Shown piece by piece: positions 36,041 to 49,254 of a DNA stretch of 64,000 nucleotides; the stretch's first letter is position 1; every line of letters begins with the position of its first letter. The stretch is from assembly GCF_037042905.1 (NCBI RefSeq), contig NC_087250.1, forward strand, positions 16,990,001 through 17,054,000. Direction: 5' to 3'. Source of the stretch: Lytechinus pictus. Lineage: Eukaryota. The notes under the pieces were generated by a model, which was given only the letters and a program-made list of their open reading frames with translations, was not told the origin of the DNA and did no database searches. Position numbers and translations under genes: made by a program.

Positions 36041-37419
36041 AAAAATAACAATCAAACATATTGCCTCTATCTTGATATGTGCAAGCATTAAAATAACATG
36101 GAGCTAAGATTTCCAATGGTAACCCAAAACTGCACTTCGATCTTCAAAAGTTTAAGTGATTTATTAGATTTTGCGCGTATATTTTGTGCAATACCAATGT
36201 CCAATCACGAACCGCTTCTGGCCTAATTCACGATGACCATTATATAATGAAAGTAGACTAATGTGAAGAGAATGTTATGACATTTACAGTAACTAGTTAG
36301 TGAATCCTTTATATACATGGCCGTATGCAGTGGGGAATGGGGTAATTGCCACCCCCCCCCCCCCTCAGTATTTTGAAAACCTACATTTCTTACTGAGAAT
36401 TATCACTAAATTCACCAAATGTGTGAACGAAATCCTTTACTTTCACTTTAAAATGCAACAGTGCCTCCATGATTAGCTCGATCGCTTCGCTTCCTCGCTT
36501 TTGAGTTTATTCGAAATATTTAATGCATCTTGCACCCCTTTATGAGGAAAAAAATCTGAGTACGGTCGGATTACATAACTAACGAATTTCCATCTCATCT
36601 TAGGTTCATGTAGGGATTAAAGTGCACAAACGGCATGAAAGACGATTGAGACAAAAGAAACAGGATTACAACACGCTTGTATGGTGACAAATAATAATCA
36701 TTATTTTAATGAGATATCAATAAGATGTAGAGGTGTTGCGGCTCAGCGAATAATGTTAAAACCCTCAATAATTTCAAACTCTCTGTTAAAAGACATTTCC
36801 TCAATCTTGCCTAGGCCAATCAACTGGGATGCAATACCATTCCCCTTTCAGGACTGATACTATAAACTATCATCTCTTTTTTTTATGTATTTCTTTATAT
36901 AATACTGTTGTCACTTTATACGTCTGTATTTTACAAATATCATATGGACTGATGATTGTATATGTATTATCACAATTTATTGTTTTTAATTGTATATAGT
37001 TGTATTGTTTGTTATCCAGGGCCTCATGGAAGATCAACTTTTGTTGAATGAGCTACCCCATAAAATTAAGAAGTTCTACAGGCTAGCTTTCAAACTCACT
37101 TGACATTCCGTTTTGTTGACAATCAGCCATGCATTGAGTCGTTTGTTAACCATGCGATAGCTTCTGTGGGAAACCAGTGAAAACACATTTCTGAAATACA
37201 AGCATTGTTTCGAGGGAACACAACTTTTTACTCCTTGACCATTTTTTGTGATTAAGGTATCAAATAAAATAACAAATGTTGAACTTTTTAGGCATGTGAT
37301 TTTCTTTTTGAAATTCAGATACCCCCCGCCAAATGAGTTTTTGGTATCCTTTCTTCAAATTGTTTTTGCTCACTCATGCACAGGAATGCACTGTATATAT
37401 ATATATATATATATATATA

Positions 37420-39456
37420 CACAACAAAAAAAGTAAGTCCCCCCTAAATCAAATTAGTGTAACTGTTTAACGGAATTATTTTGAGATATGATATTTCGTA
37501 GGTGGTTTTCTACACTCATTAATCAACTCCAGGGGAAAATGAAATTGATCGGTTGAGTCATGAATGAGTAATTAAAGATTGAATTAAAAATGACAATTTT
37601 TGAAAGTCACAAGAGTCGTTTTTCAGATTGTGTAAATACAAAGTTGGGCAAAAGTTGTTTTTAGGTGAATTTTATGGTGTTAATGCTGTTTTACTATCCA
37701 TCATTTAGCCACTCCACACACAATTCTGATATCGTATGTTCATGGTTGAGTGAGCATAATGTATTGCAGGGGCCGCGGAAGCGGGGGGGGGGGGGCTCCA
37801 GTCCCCCTACTTTATTCCAAAAGCATGTACAAAAATGTAAAAATGACCATACGATTGTGATTTTTTTGCATGTTCAGCACCCCCCCCCCCGTTCCGCGGC
37901 CCCTGTATTGTGACGTATCATCATAGGGGTTTATGGTAGTATCCTCTACAACTTGTTAGATCATGTTACAATTTGAAAATGCTGGTTGTTCCCCCGATTA
38001 TAGGCCCCTCTCCCCATTTTAAAATTCTGGATCCACCACTGATTTGTCCATAAATTAAACTGATCATGAGAAATTGTTAGGAAAAGAGTACATTAATGGA
38101 GTATAAAGACTATTCATTCCTAAGTTTTCGAATGTGCTCGCTCAACCATGAAAATGTTTAAAGTTCGGAAAGTGTGTGGTGATAGAAATGATGGATGATA
38201 AAAACAACAGCAATTAAAGTCACATTTGAAATCGAATTTGCCCCAATATACACTTTATTACCCTTTAAAATGAGTCTGTGACATTACAAATACAAATTTT
38301 CCCACTTTGATGCGTGCTCACTCATCCATGAATTAACAAATCGATTTCATTTCCTGCCCATAGGTTGATAAACATTACTGCCAAATGACATTGCTATAGA
38401 CAGCCTTGAAAAAGTTCCACCATATTGAATATTCTTAAACATATGCACCCATAATGTACAAAAGTCTATGGGAGAGGAAGTCAAAATTTTAACAAATATG
38501 AAATGAGGGTTTGTTTCATGGACGGTTTTTGTTACTTCTGCCTACAGTTATTTCATGAAACTTCGCACATGGCTTCAGATTAAAAACACTATCCAAAAGG
38601 TGGGCACACCAAAATAACCATTCGATACGGGACAGATTGCGGCCAAGGCCTTGAACTTTCTTCTCATTTGCATAATTTTCGAATATTGTGTGCTCACTGA
38701 TGCATTAAACATCGGGATTTTCATAAAAATCAAATAAAATTAACTATGCAAGAAGGGTTTTGACAGATATCCATAGTAACAAATTGCACTTTTTCCAATA
38801 ACGTAAAAAAGAGCTAATCACATTCCACATGTTCATTCAAGCGTGAATGTTTAATTAAACGCCTTTGAATCATTGAAGCATGTTAATTGGACATGAACAT
38901 AACGAAAAAGTTGAGAAAATATCATTTTCAGTTACCAAAATGAAACAATACTTGCCTATGATATTTGAAAATCGTATTTTTTGTTTTCAATAAATGTTAA
39001 TTGAACCGTGAAACGATGAATATTGTTGAAAATACTCTTCCCATAAATAACTGTCATCATATTCTATCAAGTTTATTGATAGAAATGTGTAAAAAATCAT
39101 ATTATAGCAAATTTTGACTTGTGTTTATTCAACCGTAAAATTTAGCCAAAAAAGTTGTATCGTCTTTTAGAAAGTACCTTTTACAAGCCTTCTGACTATT
39201 TTTCATGATGAGAATGTGGAATTAGTTCCATTAAAATGGAATCAAAGTCATGATATTTGGCTTGTGACTTTTGAAAAGTGACATTTTTGCCTTCTGACGG
39301 TGCTCACTGAAGCATGACGTAAAATACGTCCATAACATTTACTCAGAGGGTAGCTTATGAAATTACCTACACGCTCTTGTAAAAAATATATTAAAAACTC
39401 GCATTGGTTCGGAAATTATTGATGTTTATTTAAGGGGGACTTACTTTTTTGTTGTA
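37420..39456. mobile_element. 2-kb TIR element inserted in a (TA)n microsatellite
   Basis: CAACAAAAAAAGTAAGTCCCCC and GGGGGACTTACTTTTTTGTTG, with (TA)n tracts on both sides. Carries a nested G/C MITE at 37767-37905. Confidence 0.75.
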
Positions 39457-39677
39457 TATATATATATATATAATCGCCCATAGAAAATGATCATTATCTC
39501 GACACGAATAATAAGACTCATAAACATCTGCCTCATTAAATTAAATTCTCTTGTCAAAATGAAAGAACGAAATCATTCTTAAAAGGGTAGCTCACCCTAA
39601 CGATGGGCTGTTTGTACAAAAGAAACGGAAGGCCGGTGCTTTGTGGAGGAGACCAGGGGAGGAGATATGGTCCCATA

Positions 39678-39928
39678 CATAGGCAGCGGAAGCGGGGGAG
39701 ACGGGGGGGACCTGCCCCCCCCCCCTACATCTGAGGTGGGGGGACGATCCCCCCTAAATTTTTTGTTTCTAACCTTTTTTCTTTTTTTTCTTGTCAATTT
39801 TGTTTCCTGCGTCCCCCCCCCCCCCGACCTCCCCCTTAAATTTAGGTTGATAACTTTCCTTTTTTTTTTTTGCTTGTCAAAATTTTTTGGTGGTCTCCCC
39901 CTAAATTTTTTGGCTTCCGCCGCCAATG
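39678..39928. mobile_element. hAT-type G/C-run MITE
   Basis: CATAGGCAGCGGAAGC...GCTTCCGCCGCCAATG with a perfect 8-bp TSD GTCCCATA. A partial relative lies at about 33480-33666. Confidence 0.85.
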
Positions 39929-40327
39929 GTCCCATATGTTACATTTCGTATCGTTTGAGCGCAATAATATGTTCCACAGAGAATGCCCCCATTGTGTCAC
40001 TAGGCATGGTGAACCCTTAAAAAGGTCACCAGGGATGAATTTTCAGTTCAATAGCCTTAATGAAATGAGATTTTTTCATCAGAAAAAAAATATTATTTTC
40101 ATGAGACGTCAATGAATTGTGGATCAAAGTCTTATTAATTCAAGTCACTGCATTGAATCAGGCTGGTTTTCACGCAATGTTCGTAAATAATGTATATATA
40201 TATATATATACATTTATGAATAAGGTAGTCATGTAAACGCGCAGGTTAAATAGTATTATCATCATAAGCATATTTAAGGCGAGTGATTCTTAGCTAAAAA
40301 TATTATATAACTCACTAACGATACAAA

Positions 40328-40567
40328 GAGCATGGTGGCTCAGTGTTAGAGCGTCCGCCTTATGAACGGGAGGTCGTGGGTTCGATCTTCGGCCGAGTCA
40401 TACCAAAGACTTATAAAAATGGGACCTTCTGCCTTCTTTCTAGGCGCTCAGCATTTAGATTGGAGAAGGATAATGATAACATGTTATGTTATGCAGGGCC
40501 CGCTGGTAGAGCAGTTTCCTAACTGAAGTGGCTACCCTGGGTAAATAAAACATTATTATTATTATTT
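40328..40567 (+). mobile_element. tRNA-derived SINE, second family
   Basis: A box TGGCTCAGTG, B-box-like GGTTCGATCTT. Same 3' tail as the 3980 SINE, ending in (ATT)n. Confidence 0.8.
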
Positions 40568-41419
40568 AATGAGGTGAACGTTCATTACCTATGGATTGAT
40601 AATAACAAGTCAACGGAAGCACATGGCCTCTCACAATTATTGTGCAAAAGGTGACAAAAAGAGGATTACATGTCATTATGCTTTTAAGGGGTCTTTTAAT
40701 TATTTCAAAAGTTTTTTTTTTTTTTTTTTTTTTGCCTCCGACGAAGATTCTGCTAGGATCGAAAGCTTAGGCCCCTTTTTTACTTTCTAATTTACTCCAT
40801 TGGCTCTCTTTTGTTAGATAAGCAGTTTTCAGCAGCTTCTTTTTACCATCTTTCAAAAGTTGTTACCCTGATCATGTCCTGTTCATTTTACAGAAAAGGG
40901 TAACATAGAAGAGCTGCATTCTTAAGCTAACCAATTAAAAGAGGTTTATAATTATAGTCAGGCAGCATATATCATCTACTTCGACAAATTTGCTAAGTCT
41001 GATATTTCAGATACAGAATATATTAATCAACATAAATTGTTGTAATGTATTGGGTATATGTGTAATACTATGTTAACAGAGTACACACATCGATTGATCA
41101 GTGATCCCAGCTCATAAGAGAGATGTCTAACATCTTACTTGGATTAACTTACGAAAAATAAAGTGAGGTTAGAATTGAGGATGATATGATAATTTGGGCT
41201 ACAATTGCTCCTTAATTAAGTCTAACGATTGACGATTGTATTATTTCTGACAAAGAGGCAACAACGTGCAGGCATGCTCATTGCATTCATGGGTGTCCAT
41301 TATGCTGATGTGATATATTCTGACCATTACTCGATCTCTGGAGCCAAGAAGGACTAAACATTTCTGATACTGTGCTGTTCTGAACTTATCACTGGGGCCA
41401 TTTCAGGATCCAATGACTG

Positions 41420-41635
41420 GGATAATAATATAACTTTAAAGCGCTTAGAGACGTCGTTCCTATGTATTAAGCGCTAAACAATTATGAAATACCCGCGTAC
41501 AATGTATGAACTTTCTCCACTCCCTGTGGAGCCTTCCAACAATAGTTCCAAGACTTGGTTGCTAAGCATACTACATAGGCTTTCGCATCCTTCTGGGTAC
41601 CCATTTAACACTTGGGTGGAGAGTGGCAAAGAATA
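41420..41635 (-). mobile_element. 5'-truncated SINE
   Basis: The minus strand has CTCTCCACCCAAGTGTTAAATGGGTACCC and an AGCGCTT...AAGCGCT stem-loop tail followed by (ATT)-like repeats. Confidence 0.65.
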
Positions 41636-43454
41636 CATGTGTATTTTCACAATGCGACAGTTCACATTGGCCCGTATTCTGCTAGCAGGTTTAATTTAAC
41701 CCTAGTCTAAAGTTAACCATGGTTTAACTAAACCTCCTCTAAACCTCACCTCTGGTCTAAGTGTAGTTTAATTATTTTGGTATTCTGATAGCCAGGTTTA
41801 ACTAAACCTGGGTTAAACCCGGGTTTAAAATTCTTTTTGGAAATAATGATCCTCTTTTGACCAAGACTAGCACCTTTAGGGTAAATTACTGCTGCAGGGG
41901 TGACTGCAACAAAGTTGAACAAATGTTACTGAAGTTGTTTTTTCTTAAAAATTTGGATTTTATGGAAACTAATTACAACTATTTTAGTAAAAGGAAAGCA
42001 TTCATCACCCATATATGGTAATAATTTTTTATTTAGATTATCTATATTTTTGTTAATTACCAAAACATTTCAATCCCAAACCGAGTGACTTGCAGTGTTT
42101 TTGTGTATCAGTCCCATTTATTGCTTTTCATGTATTTGTTTGTCAGAATTTAAATTGAATAGATTCTCCTCACCCACTTTAGAATCTAGACTCTAAATCT
42201 AAAACAATAACTTAAGAAGTCGACATCTTTATTCTAAGTATAAGTTAGGGAACACTTTTGTAACTTTTGAGACTAGTCTTGGGTCTAACATTAGGCCTAG
42301 ATCTAGCCTAGGCCCAAGATCTACAACTAATAATCCGTCTGTTTCCTGAAAGGCTGAAGCTAAACGTAGTCTAGTGGAGCAACCGAGATTGAAGCTACAT
42401 TGGCCTAGGTATAGAACAACATTCAGGACTTAGACTGGCTTAGCCTTAACTTACGACAGGGATAGATCTAGGTCTAGCACTGACTCTCACTTGAGTACTA
42501 GAATAGATCTAGATCTGACTTAGACAAAAAGCTTCAGTCTCTGTATTTTGGTTGTTTCGCTGAACTAAGTAAGAGTAAGAGTCTCGAGATCTACGTTGGC
42601 CTCTCTCACCAAGGCAATGTGATATGACAGTAAAATGTCAGAAATATTTAAATAAATCCCCAGAAACAACGGTTTTTTTCTGTCTAACACTACACTTACA
42701 GTGTTAGATCTGACTCTCTCTATTCATTGCTTGCCAAGTAGGCCTAAAGTTGGAATTAGTCCTAGACATCTAGATCTAGATGATTAGATCCACTCCTGTT
42801 TAAGGTCCATCTGTTTGTTTGGAGGAGTTTTTATTTCATGTAAACATGTTTGGGACTTGTTTAGGTTTCCAGGACTAGAGAACAGGCCTAGACCGTTTAA
42901 ACCTAGACCAACAGCTCAGTCTAGACTAGGCGAGGGCCTAGATTTATGTAAGAATTTAGATCTCGGCGGCCTAACGTTAGGCCTAGTCTGTGCTATATTT
43001 TTTTCTAGTATCTATTTCTAGCCTAGCCGGTAGCCCTAACGTTAGGACTGGCTGATCTAGCCCGCTGTTTGATCTAGAATCTCTAACGTAGGCCTAGATC
43101 TAAACTAAATAACATAGACTAAAAAGTTGGACCATATCTAGATCTAGAACTATATCAATCTAGGACAGGTCTACATGTAATAGGTCTAGATCTAGAGACT
43201 TGTAGACTCTATCTAAATGTAGATTATAGATCTAAAAATAGTAAATGTAGGTCTAACAGTTAAATTTACTCATCTAACGTTAGGCCTGAAAAGAAGGTAG
43301 GCTAGGCATCTAACGTTAGATTATTTCTAGGACTAAAGGATCTAGATCTAGAGCTATGGACTGTAATTCGAGATCTAGAGGTCTAGCACCCCCATTAAAA
43401 CTATAACTTTTCCTACAGCTACATGTAGTTCTATACGTAGTCAAACAAAAATCA

Positions 43455-46400
43455 AGGCCCTGTCACATCGTTCCGTGCAAACCTTGCGGGTGAGTTGCGG
43501 GCAGATATTTTCCAGCATGCAACAAAATTTCTGCGGGCAAACAAGAATTTTCACAATTTCTGCGTGCGGGACGCGTGCAATCTATTGTCGACTTGCGTGC
43601 ATTGCGTGTGATTTACGGGCGAGGCACGTGCAAGCTTCCGTGTAAGTTGCGGGCGACTTACGTGCCCTGCGTGTTATCTACTGCCAACCTGCGTGTTATC
43701 TACCGCCAATCTGCGTCTTACCTGCGTGTAAAATGCGTGCAAGCATTGGGCAATCATTTCTCAAGTAATTCCCATGAGTAAACACGCCTCGTGCTGAGAC
43801 CATTGCCGATCGGATCGATAGCGATCACGAGGTTGACGACTCGGAGTCCACAGTGGGGGGTTGGAGGCTCTGCTGATTACCTACAAAAATATCATACCGA
43901 TTCCCGACGTCCCACGATCAAGAGTCATGGAACGGTTCTTCATTATCATCAGTCACATTTTACTTTCGTCATACCAAGGTACAGATCCAGCTCAAGTTAT
44001 CAATAGAAGGGGAGGGGCGGGAAAAAATATTTCATTCACATTTTCCCCTTTACGGCCGCCCAAATCTGATTGTATGTTTTTCTTAGCGATTAGTCCTAAA
44101 TATACATTCATTCTTAGAAACAAGACAGAGTATTTCATGTGGCCTCAATATAAATGACAATGCGAGCGCAAAGCGCGAGCTGAAAATTTTGTATATTTCG
44201 ACCTGAATACTCGATTGTAATCACGAAGAGGATGGATATACGATCTGAAATTTGGACATTATAAACACTAATTATGAATAATATGCGTTGATAATGACTC
44301 ATAATGACTCATTATTGGAATACATTTCGCACTGATTAATTAGAAGCGAGTCCGAAGTGCGAGCTGGAAAAAAAATTTGAGATATCCGAGCTGAAAACTG
44401 AAATGATTAAGCACATTTTAATAAAGAAGACAGTAAATAAGCCAGTTGAATGTAACCATGAATAAGATGGGCATAGCCGGTATTAAATAACTTTTGCAAG
44501 CGCGACCTAAATTTCGTTTATTTTAAAACCTGAAAATTTGACATTCTAAATACTTTTTTGCAATAATGAACACGATGTGTATCAAATCAAACAAATAAAT
44601 AGTGCGAGCGCGAAGCACGAGATGGTATTTTTGTTTTCTAGATTTAGGCTTGAAATCGGACATTTCATGCAGTTTTATAATCATGAAAAGAAAGGGTATT
44701 AATGAATAATGCAAGCGCGAAGTGTGAGCTGAAAATTTCTGATATTTTGAGTTGAAAACTTAAACTTTTTCTACACGTACTCGAATTCCACATCTGTAGA
44801 CCTAATTGGACAAGCTGTCTATCTCAATAAACATCATGCAAGCGCGAAGCGCGAGCTGAAGTTTTCTTCAGACTTAGAACTTAAAACAGAACATTCGAAG
44901 CAATGTAACCATGACAAATTTCAGCATAGAACTGAGCACCTGTTGCGAGCGTGAAATGATTTTTTTTTTATTTTACAACCTATACATTTGACATTTTCAA
45001 AACATTTTGCAATCATGAACATGATGGTTATCTAATCAAACTTCAATTTGAAATCGGGCATTCCATGCTTTTTTTTTGGTAATCATGAAAAGGAAGGATA
45101 TCACTGAATGATACGAGCGCGAAGCGCGAGCTAAAAATTTTGGATATTTTGACTTGAAAATTAAACATTTTTTCATGTTTTTTACATTAAAACAAACTCA
45201 GTTTCTGCATCTTTAATTATACAAGCTGTGTATCTCAAACAAAATGCGAGCGCGAAGCGAGCTAAAGAAATTGAATATTTTGACTTGAAAACTTAATATT
45301 TTACATGTTTTTACATTAAACAAATTCAGTTAATGCATCTGTAATTAAACAAGCTCTGTGTCTCAATAAACATAATACGAGCGCGAGCTGAAATTTTGAT
45401 TGACTGGCCCGAAAAGGGAACATTTTAAGAACGGTCCCACATGAAAGAAATGGTTCACTGTCGGTACAGAAGTACGAGCTGACAAATCTTGATACCTTGA
45501 TTGAACTATTTGGGTATCTCAATAAGAGCGCGAAGCGCAAGCAGAAATTATTGATATTCTGAGGGAAATGCAGGCAACATTTTTAATATATGATGCAAGC
45601 GCAAATTACGAGCTGATTTTTTTTTTTTTATTTAGACTTTAAACCGGGACATTCTTATCATTGTCAGTACAAGGCACGAGCTGACAATTTATGATGTATT
45701 GACTTGAAAAAATAAAATTTTCACACGCTTTTGTATGAAGAACAAACTCAGATTCGCATATTCAATTTAACAATCTGTGTATCGTAATGCGAGCGCGAAG
45801 CCGGGATCATTGTCGGTAGCCTACAGAGAGCTCTCCACGATCACATTGCAATTATTTTCGTTATTTAACGGTAATAGTTTGCTATACCGACAAAGATAAT
45901 GGAACTCAAAGACCAAGAAAGAACAAGGTACATGGAGCAGTTAGAACAGCCCTGCGTGACCCGACAGTTTGTCATTTTCCCGACAAGCCTCATTGCAACA
46001 ACCCTGTGCCCGGGGGGGGGGGGGTAGTCAAATGTATTGATGTACACATACGTACGTGACCAAAATATTTCCAAACACCCCTAAACGAGTTTTTCTCTGT
46101 GTGCAATCTCAAGCTGTCCAGCAAACTCATCTTATAACTTTTAATTATCATTTTAAATATTTCATTTCATAAATCGGCAAATGGATAACAGGAAGTAATT
46201 CCTCAAAAAGCTGTAAGCACAGGAATCGGTAGACTAGCTCTGCTGGAGTATAGGAGCGCCCTGAACACCTAACAAGGTGGATAGATCCTATATCATCATC
46301 ATTATTATTGTTATTATATCCAATATAATTTTTAAAGAAAAGAATGTGTCAAATTAATTTCAAAATATCGAGTTAAATCTAATTAGATTTATTTTTCACT

Positions 46401-46712
46401 GCATGTTTGTTGGCATCGAGCAGAAATCCGCGGGCAATCTGCGGTCTTCATGCGGGTTAATTGCGAGTGAATTGCGGCCGCTACGGACCTCCTACTGGTG
46501 TTCTGCGGGTGAGTTGCGGGCAATCACCCGCAACTCACCCGTAAAAAGTTTTTAGCATGTTCAAAACTTTTCTGCGGGCAACTCAGACTTGCGTGCGCCT
46601 CTGCGGGCAACATGCGTGTGAGATGCGTGCGAGATACTGTCAATGCGGGCGACCTGCAGGTAGCAAAAAAAAATTACCCGCAAGGCTTGCACGGAACGAT
46701 GTGACAGGGCCT
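43455..46712. mobile_element. PIF/Harbinger-type element (TWA-like target) nested in the 41669-50899 element
   Basis: TIR of about 38 bp, AGGCCCTGTCACATCGTTCCGTGCAAACCTTGCGGGT, with its complement ending at 46712. Flanks TCA and TTA. TGCGGG/TGCGTG-rich subterminal regions. Confidence 0.8.
44150..45805. repeat. GCGAGCGCGAAGCGCGAGC block repeat array
   Basis: More than ten degenerate copies of the motif separated by AT-rich spacers. Same family as 13280-14582. Confidence 0.75.
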
Positions 46713-47014
46713 TTAGCATTGACCATTGTCTTAATCTTATTTTGGCGTGTGTAGTTACCATACAAACACATTTTGATGAATGAGAAAATGTGTTCTAAAT
46801 TTCATGAGCATAGGCCTATGTCATTAAACGAAGTAGTCCAATCCACAAGATGTGTTTGCACATTTATTGATTTGATATGCTGTTACCATGGCAACACAGT
46901 TTCCAACACACACAAATATATGTCTTGCAGATCTATACCTCAAACCAATGTGTGAGCCAACTTTTATAAGAATTGGTTGAAAACTAATGAAGGAGTTCAA
47001 ACCCCAAGATTTTC

Positions 47015-47546
47015 GGTTACACTTCGTAATTCCGAAGGTTCTTTATTCCGGAGGTTCGTAATTCCGAAACACGCAAATTGCCTATACCTCGATGTTCGTT
47101 AATCCGAAAACGTAAAAGGGTTCGTTAATCTGAACATTTGTGGCGTTACTCCGAAGGTTCGTTATTCCGAAGGTTCAATAATCCGAAAACGAAATAAGGT
47201 TCGATGTTCCGAAGGTTCGTTAATCCGAAAACGAAATAAGGTTCGTTGTTCCGAAGGTTCGTTAGTCCGAAAACGAAATAAGGTTAGTTAATCATTTAGT
47301 TTCCGGACTAACGAACCTTCGGAATTACGAACCTCATTTCTTTTTCGGATTAACGAACCTTCGGAATTACGAACCTCACTTCGTTTTCGGACTAACGAAC
47401 CTTCGGAATTACGAACCTCATTTCGTTTTCTGACTAACGAACCTTCGGAATTACGAACCTTCGGAAATACGAACCTTCGGAATAACGAACCTTCGGAATA
47501 ACCGAACCTTCGGAATAACGAAGCTTCGGAATTACGAATGTATGCG
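47015..47546 (-). mobile_element. TTCCGAAGGTTCG-repeat MITE, copy 2
   Basis: Perfect 8-bp TSD AGATTTTC (47007-47014, 47547-47554). Confidence 0.9.
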
Positions 47547-47679
47547 AGATTTTCACCTAATTTCATTATATAATATGTTGTTACCATGACAAGACGATTT
47601 CTGATACAGACAAAACTGTCTTGCACATCTTCAACTCAAGACTAATGTGTGTGCCAAATTTCATGAGGATTGGTTGAAA

Positions 47680-48152
47680 CGCATACATTCGTAATTCCGA
47701 AGCTTCGTTATTCCGAAGGTTCGGATATTCCGAAGGTTCGTTATTCCGAAGGTTCGTATTTCCGACGGTTCGTAATTCCGAAGGTTCGTTAGTCCGAAAA
47801 AGAAATGAGGTTCGTAATTCCGAAGGTTCGTTAATTCGAAAACGAAATGAGGTTCGTAATTCCGAAGGTTCGTTAGTCCGAAAACTAATGATTAACGAGC
47901 CTTATTTCGTTTTCGGACTAACGAACCTTCGGAACAACGAACCTTATTTCGTTTTCGGATTAACGAACCTTCGGAACAACGAACCTTATTTCGTTTTCGG
48001 ATTATCGAACCTTCGAAATAATGAACCTTCGGAATAACGTCACAAATGTTCGGATTAACGAACCCTTTTACGTTTTCGGATTAACGAACATCGAGGTATA
48101 GGCAATTTACGTGTTTCGGAAATACGAACCTTCGGAATTACGAAGTGTAACC
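47680..48152 (+). mobile_element. TTCCGAAGGTTCG-repeat MITE, copy 3
   Basis: Perfect 8-bp TSD GGTTGAAA (47672-47679, 48153-48160). Confidence 0.9.
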
Positions 48153-48265
48153 GGTTGAAAAAAGATGAAGGAGTTCGAACTACAAGATTTTCACCTTATT
48201 TTCGTTATATAATATGTTGTTACCATGGCAACACGATTTCTGATACAGGCAAAAATATGTCTTAT

Positions 48266-48482
48266 GGGGTGTTGCAAGAAACTTGCGATCAATCGCAAGT
48301 CTATTTTTGGTCCCTAAATCAATCATACGTCTTCCGGTTAATTGCAAATTAGTGATTGATTGCTAATCTGCTCCTTGAACAAGAAGTTTAATCCGATTTG
48401 CTACAGCTAACGTTGATCTATCAGTTGTAATATTGCAACAGAATATTTGCAATTGATCGCAAATATTTTCTTGCAACACCCC
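48266..48482. mobile_element. Harbinger-like MITE
   Basis: GGGGTGTTGCAAGAAA...TTTCTTGCAACACCCC, inserted at a TTA/TA within a 160-bp unit. Confidence 0.7.
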
Positions 48483-49254
48483 TTAGACATCTTTACCTCA
48501 ACATTAATGTATGTGCCATTTTTTAAAGAGAATTGACCAGTTGAAAACTGATAAAGTAGTTCAAGTCACAAGATTTTCATCTAATTTTTGTTATTTGTTT
48601 GTTACCATGGCAACACATTTTTTTTTTATAAAGTCATAAAATACGCGTTTGCCCATCTTCACATCGAGACTAATGTTTGTGCCACATTTCATGAGAATTG
48701 GTTAAAAACTGAGGGAGTAGTTGGAACTGCAAGATTTTTACATAATTTTTGTCATAATATACTGTTACCATGGCAACACAGTTTCCGACACATGCAAAAA
48801 TGCGTCTTGCACATCTTTACCTCAAGACTTATGTCTGTGCCAAATATCATGAGAAATGGTTTAAAAATTATAAAGTAGTTAAAACCACAAGTTTTTCACC
48901 TAATTTTCGTTATTTAATATGTTGTTACCATGGCAACGCATTTTTTTATATATAGGAATAAAATATGTTTTGCACATCTTCACATTAAGACTAATGTCTA
49001 CGCCATATTTCATGAGAATTGGTTAAAATCTGAGAAAGTGGTTGGAATAGCAATATTTATACATAATTTTTTCCATAATATACCGTTACCATGGCAACAC
49101 AATTTCCAACACATGCAAAAATGTGTCTTGCACATCTTTACCTCAAAACCAATGTGTGAGCCAACTTTCTTGAGAATTGGTAGAAAACTGATGGAGTATT
49201 TTAAACGTCAAATTTTTTGCCATAATAATATTCTGTTACCATGGCAACACAATT

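Noticed and set aside
35652..36116. Cys/His/Tyr-rich and EVKMA-repeat ORFs
   Set aside because: Products of the 15-bp TTTACCTCTGCCATT array.
47015..48152. CRISPR-like appearance of the TTCCGAAGGTTCG repeats (also 17441-17817 and 55735-56005) and of the 160-bp array
   Set aside because: The inter-repeat sequences are themselves repeated rather than unique spacers, orientation flips mid-element, TIRs and TSDs are present, there are no cas genes, and the context is eukaryotic.
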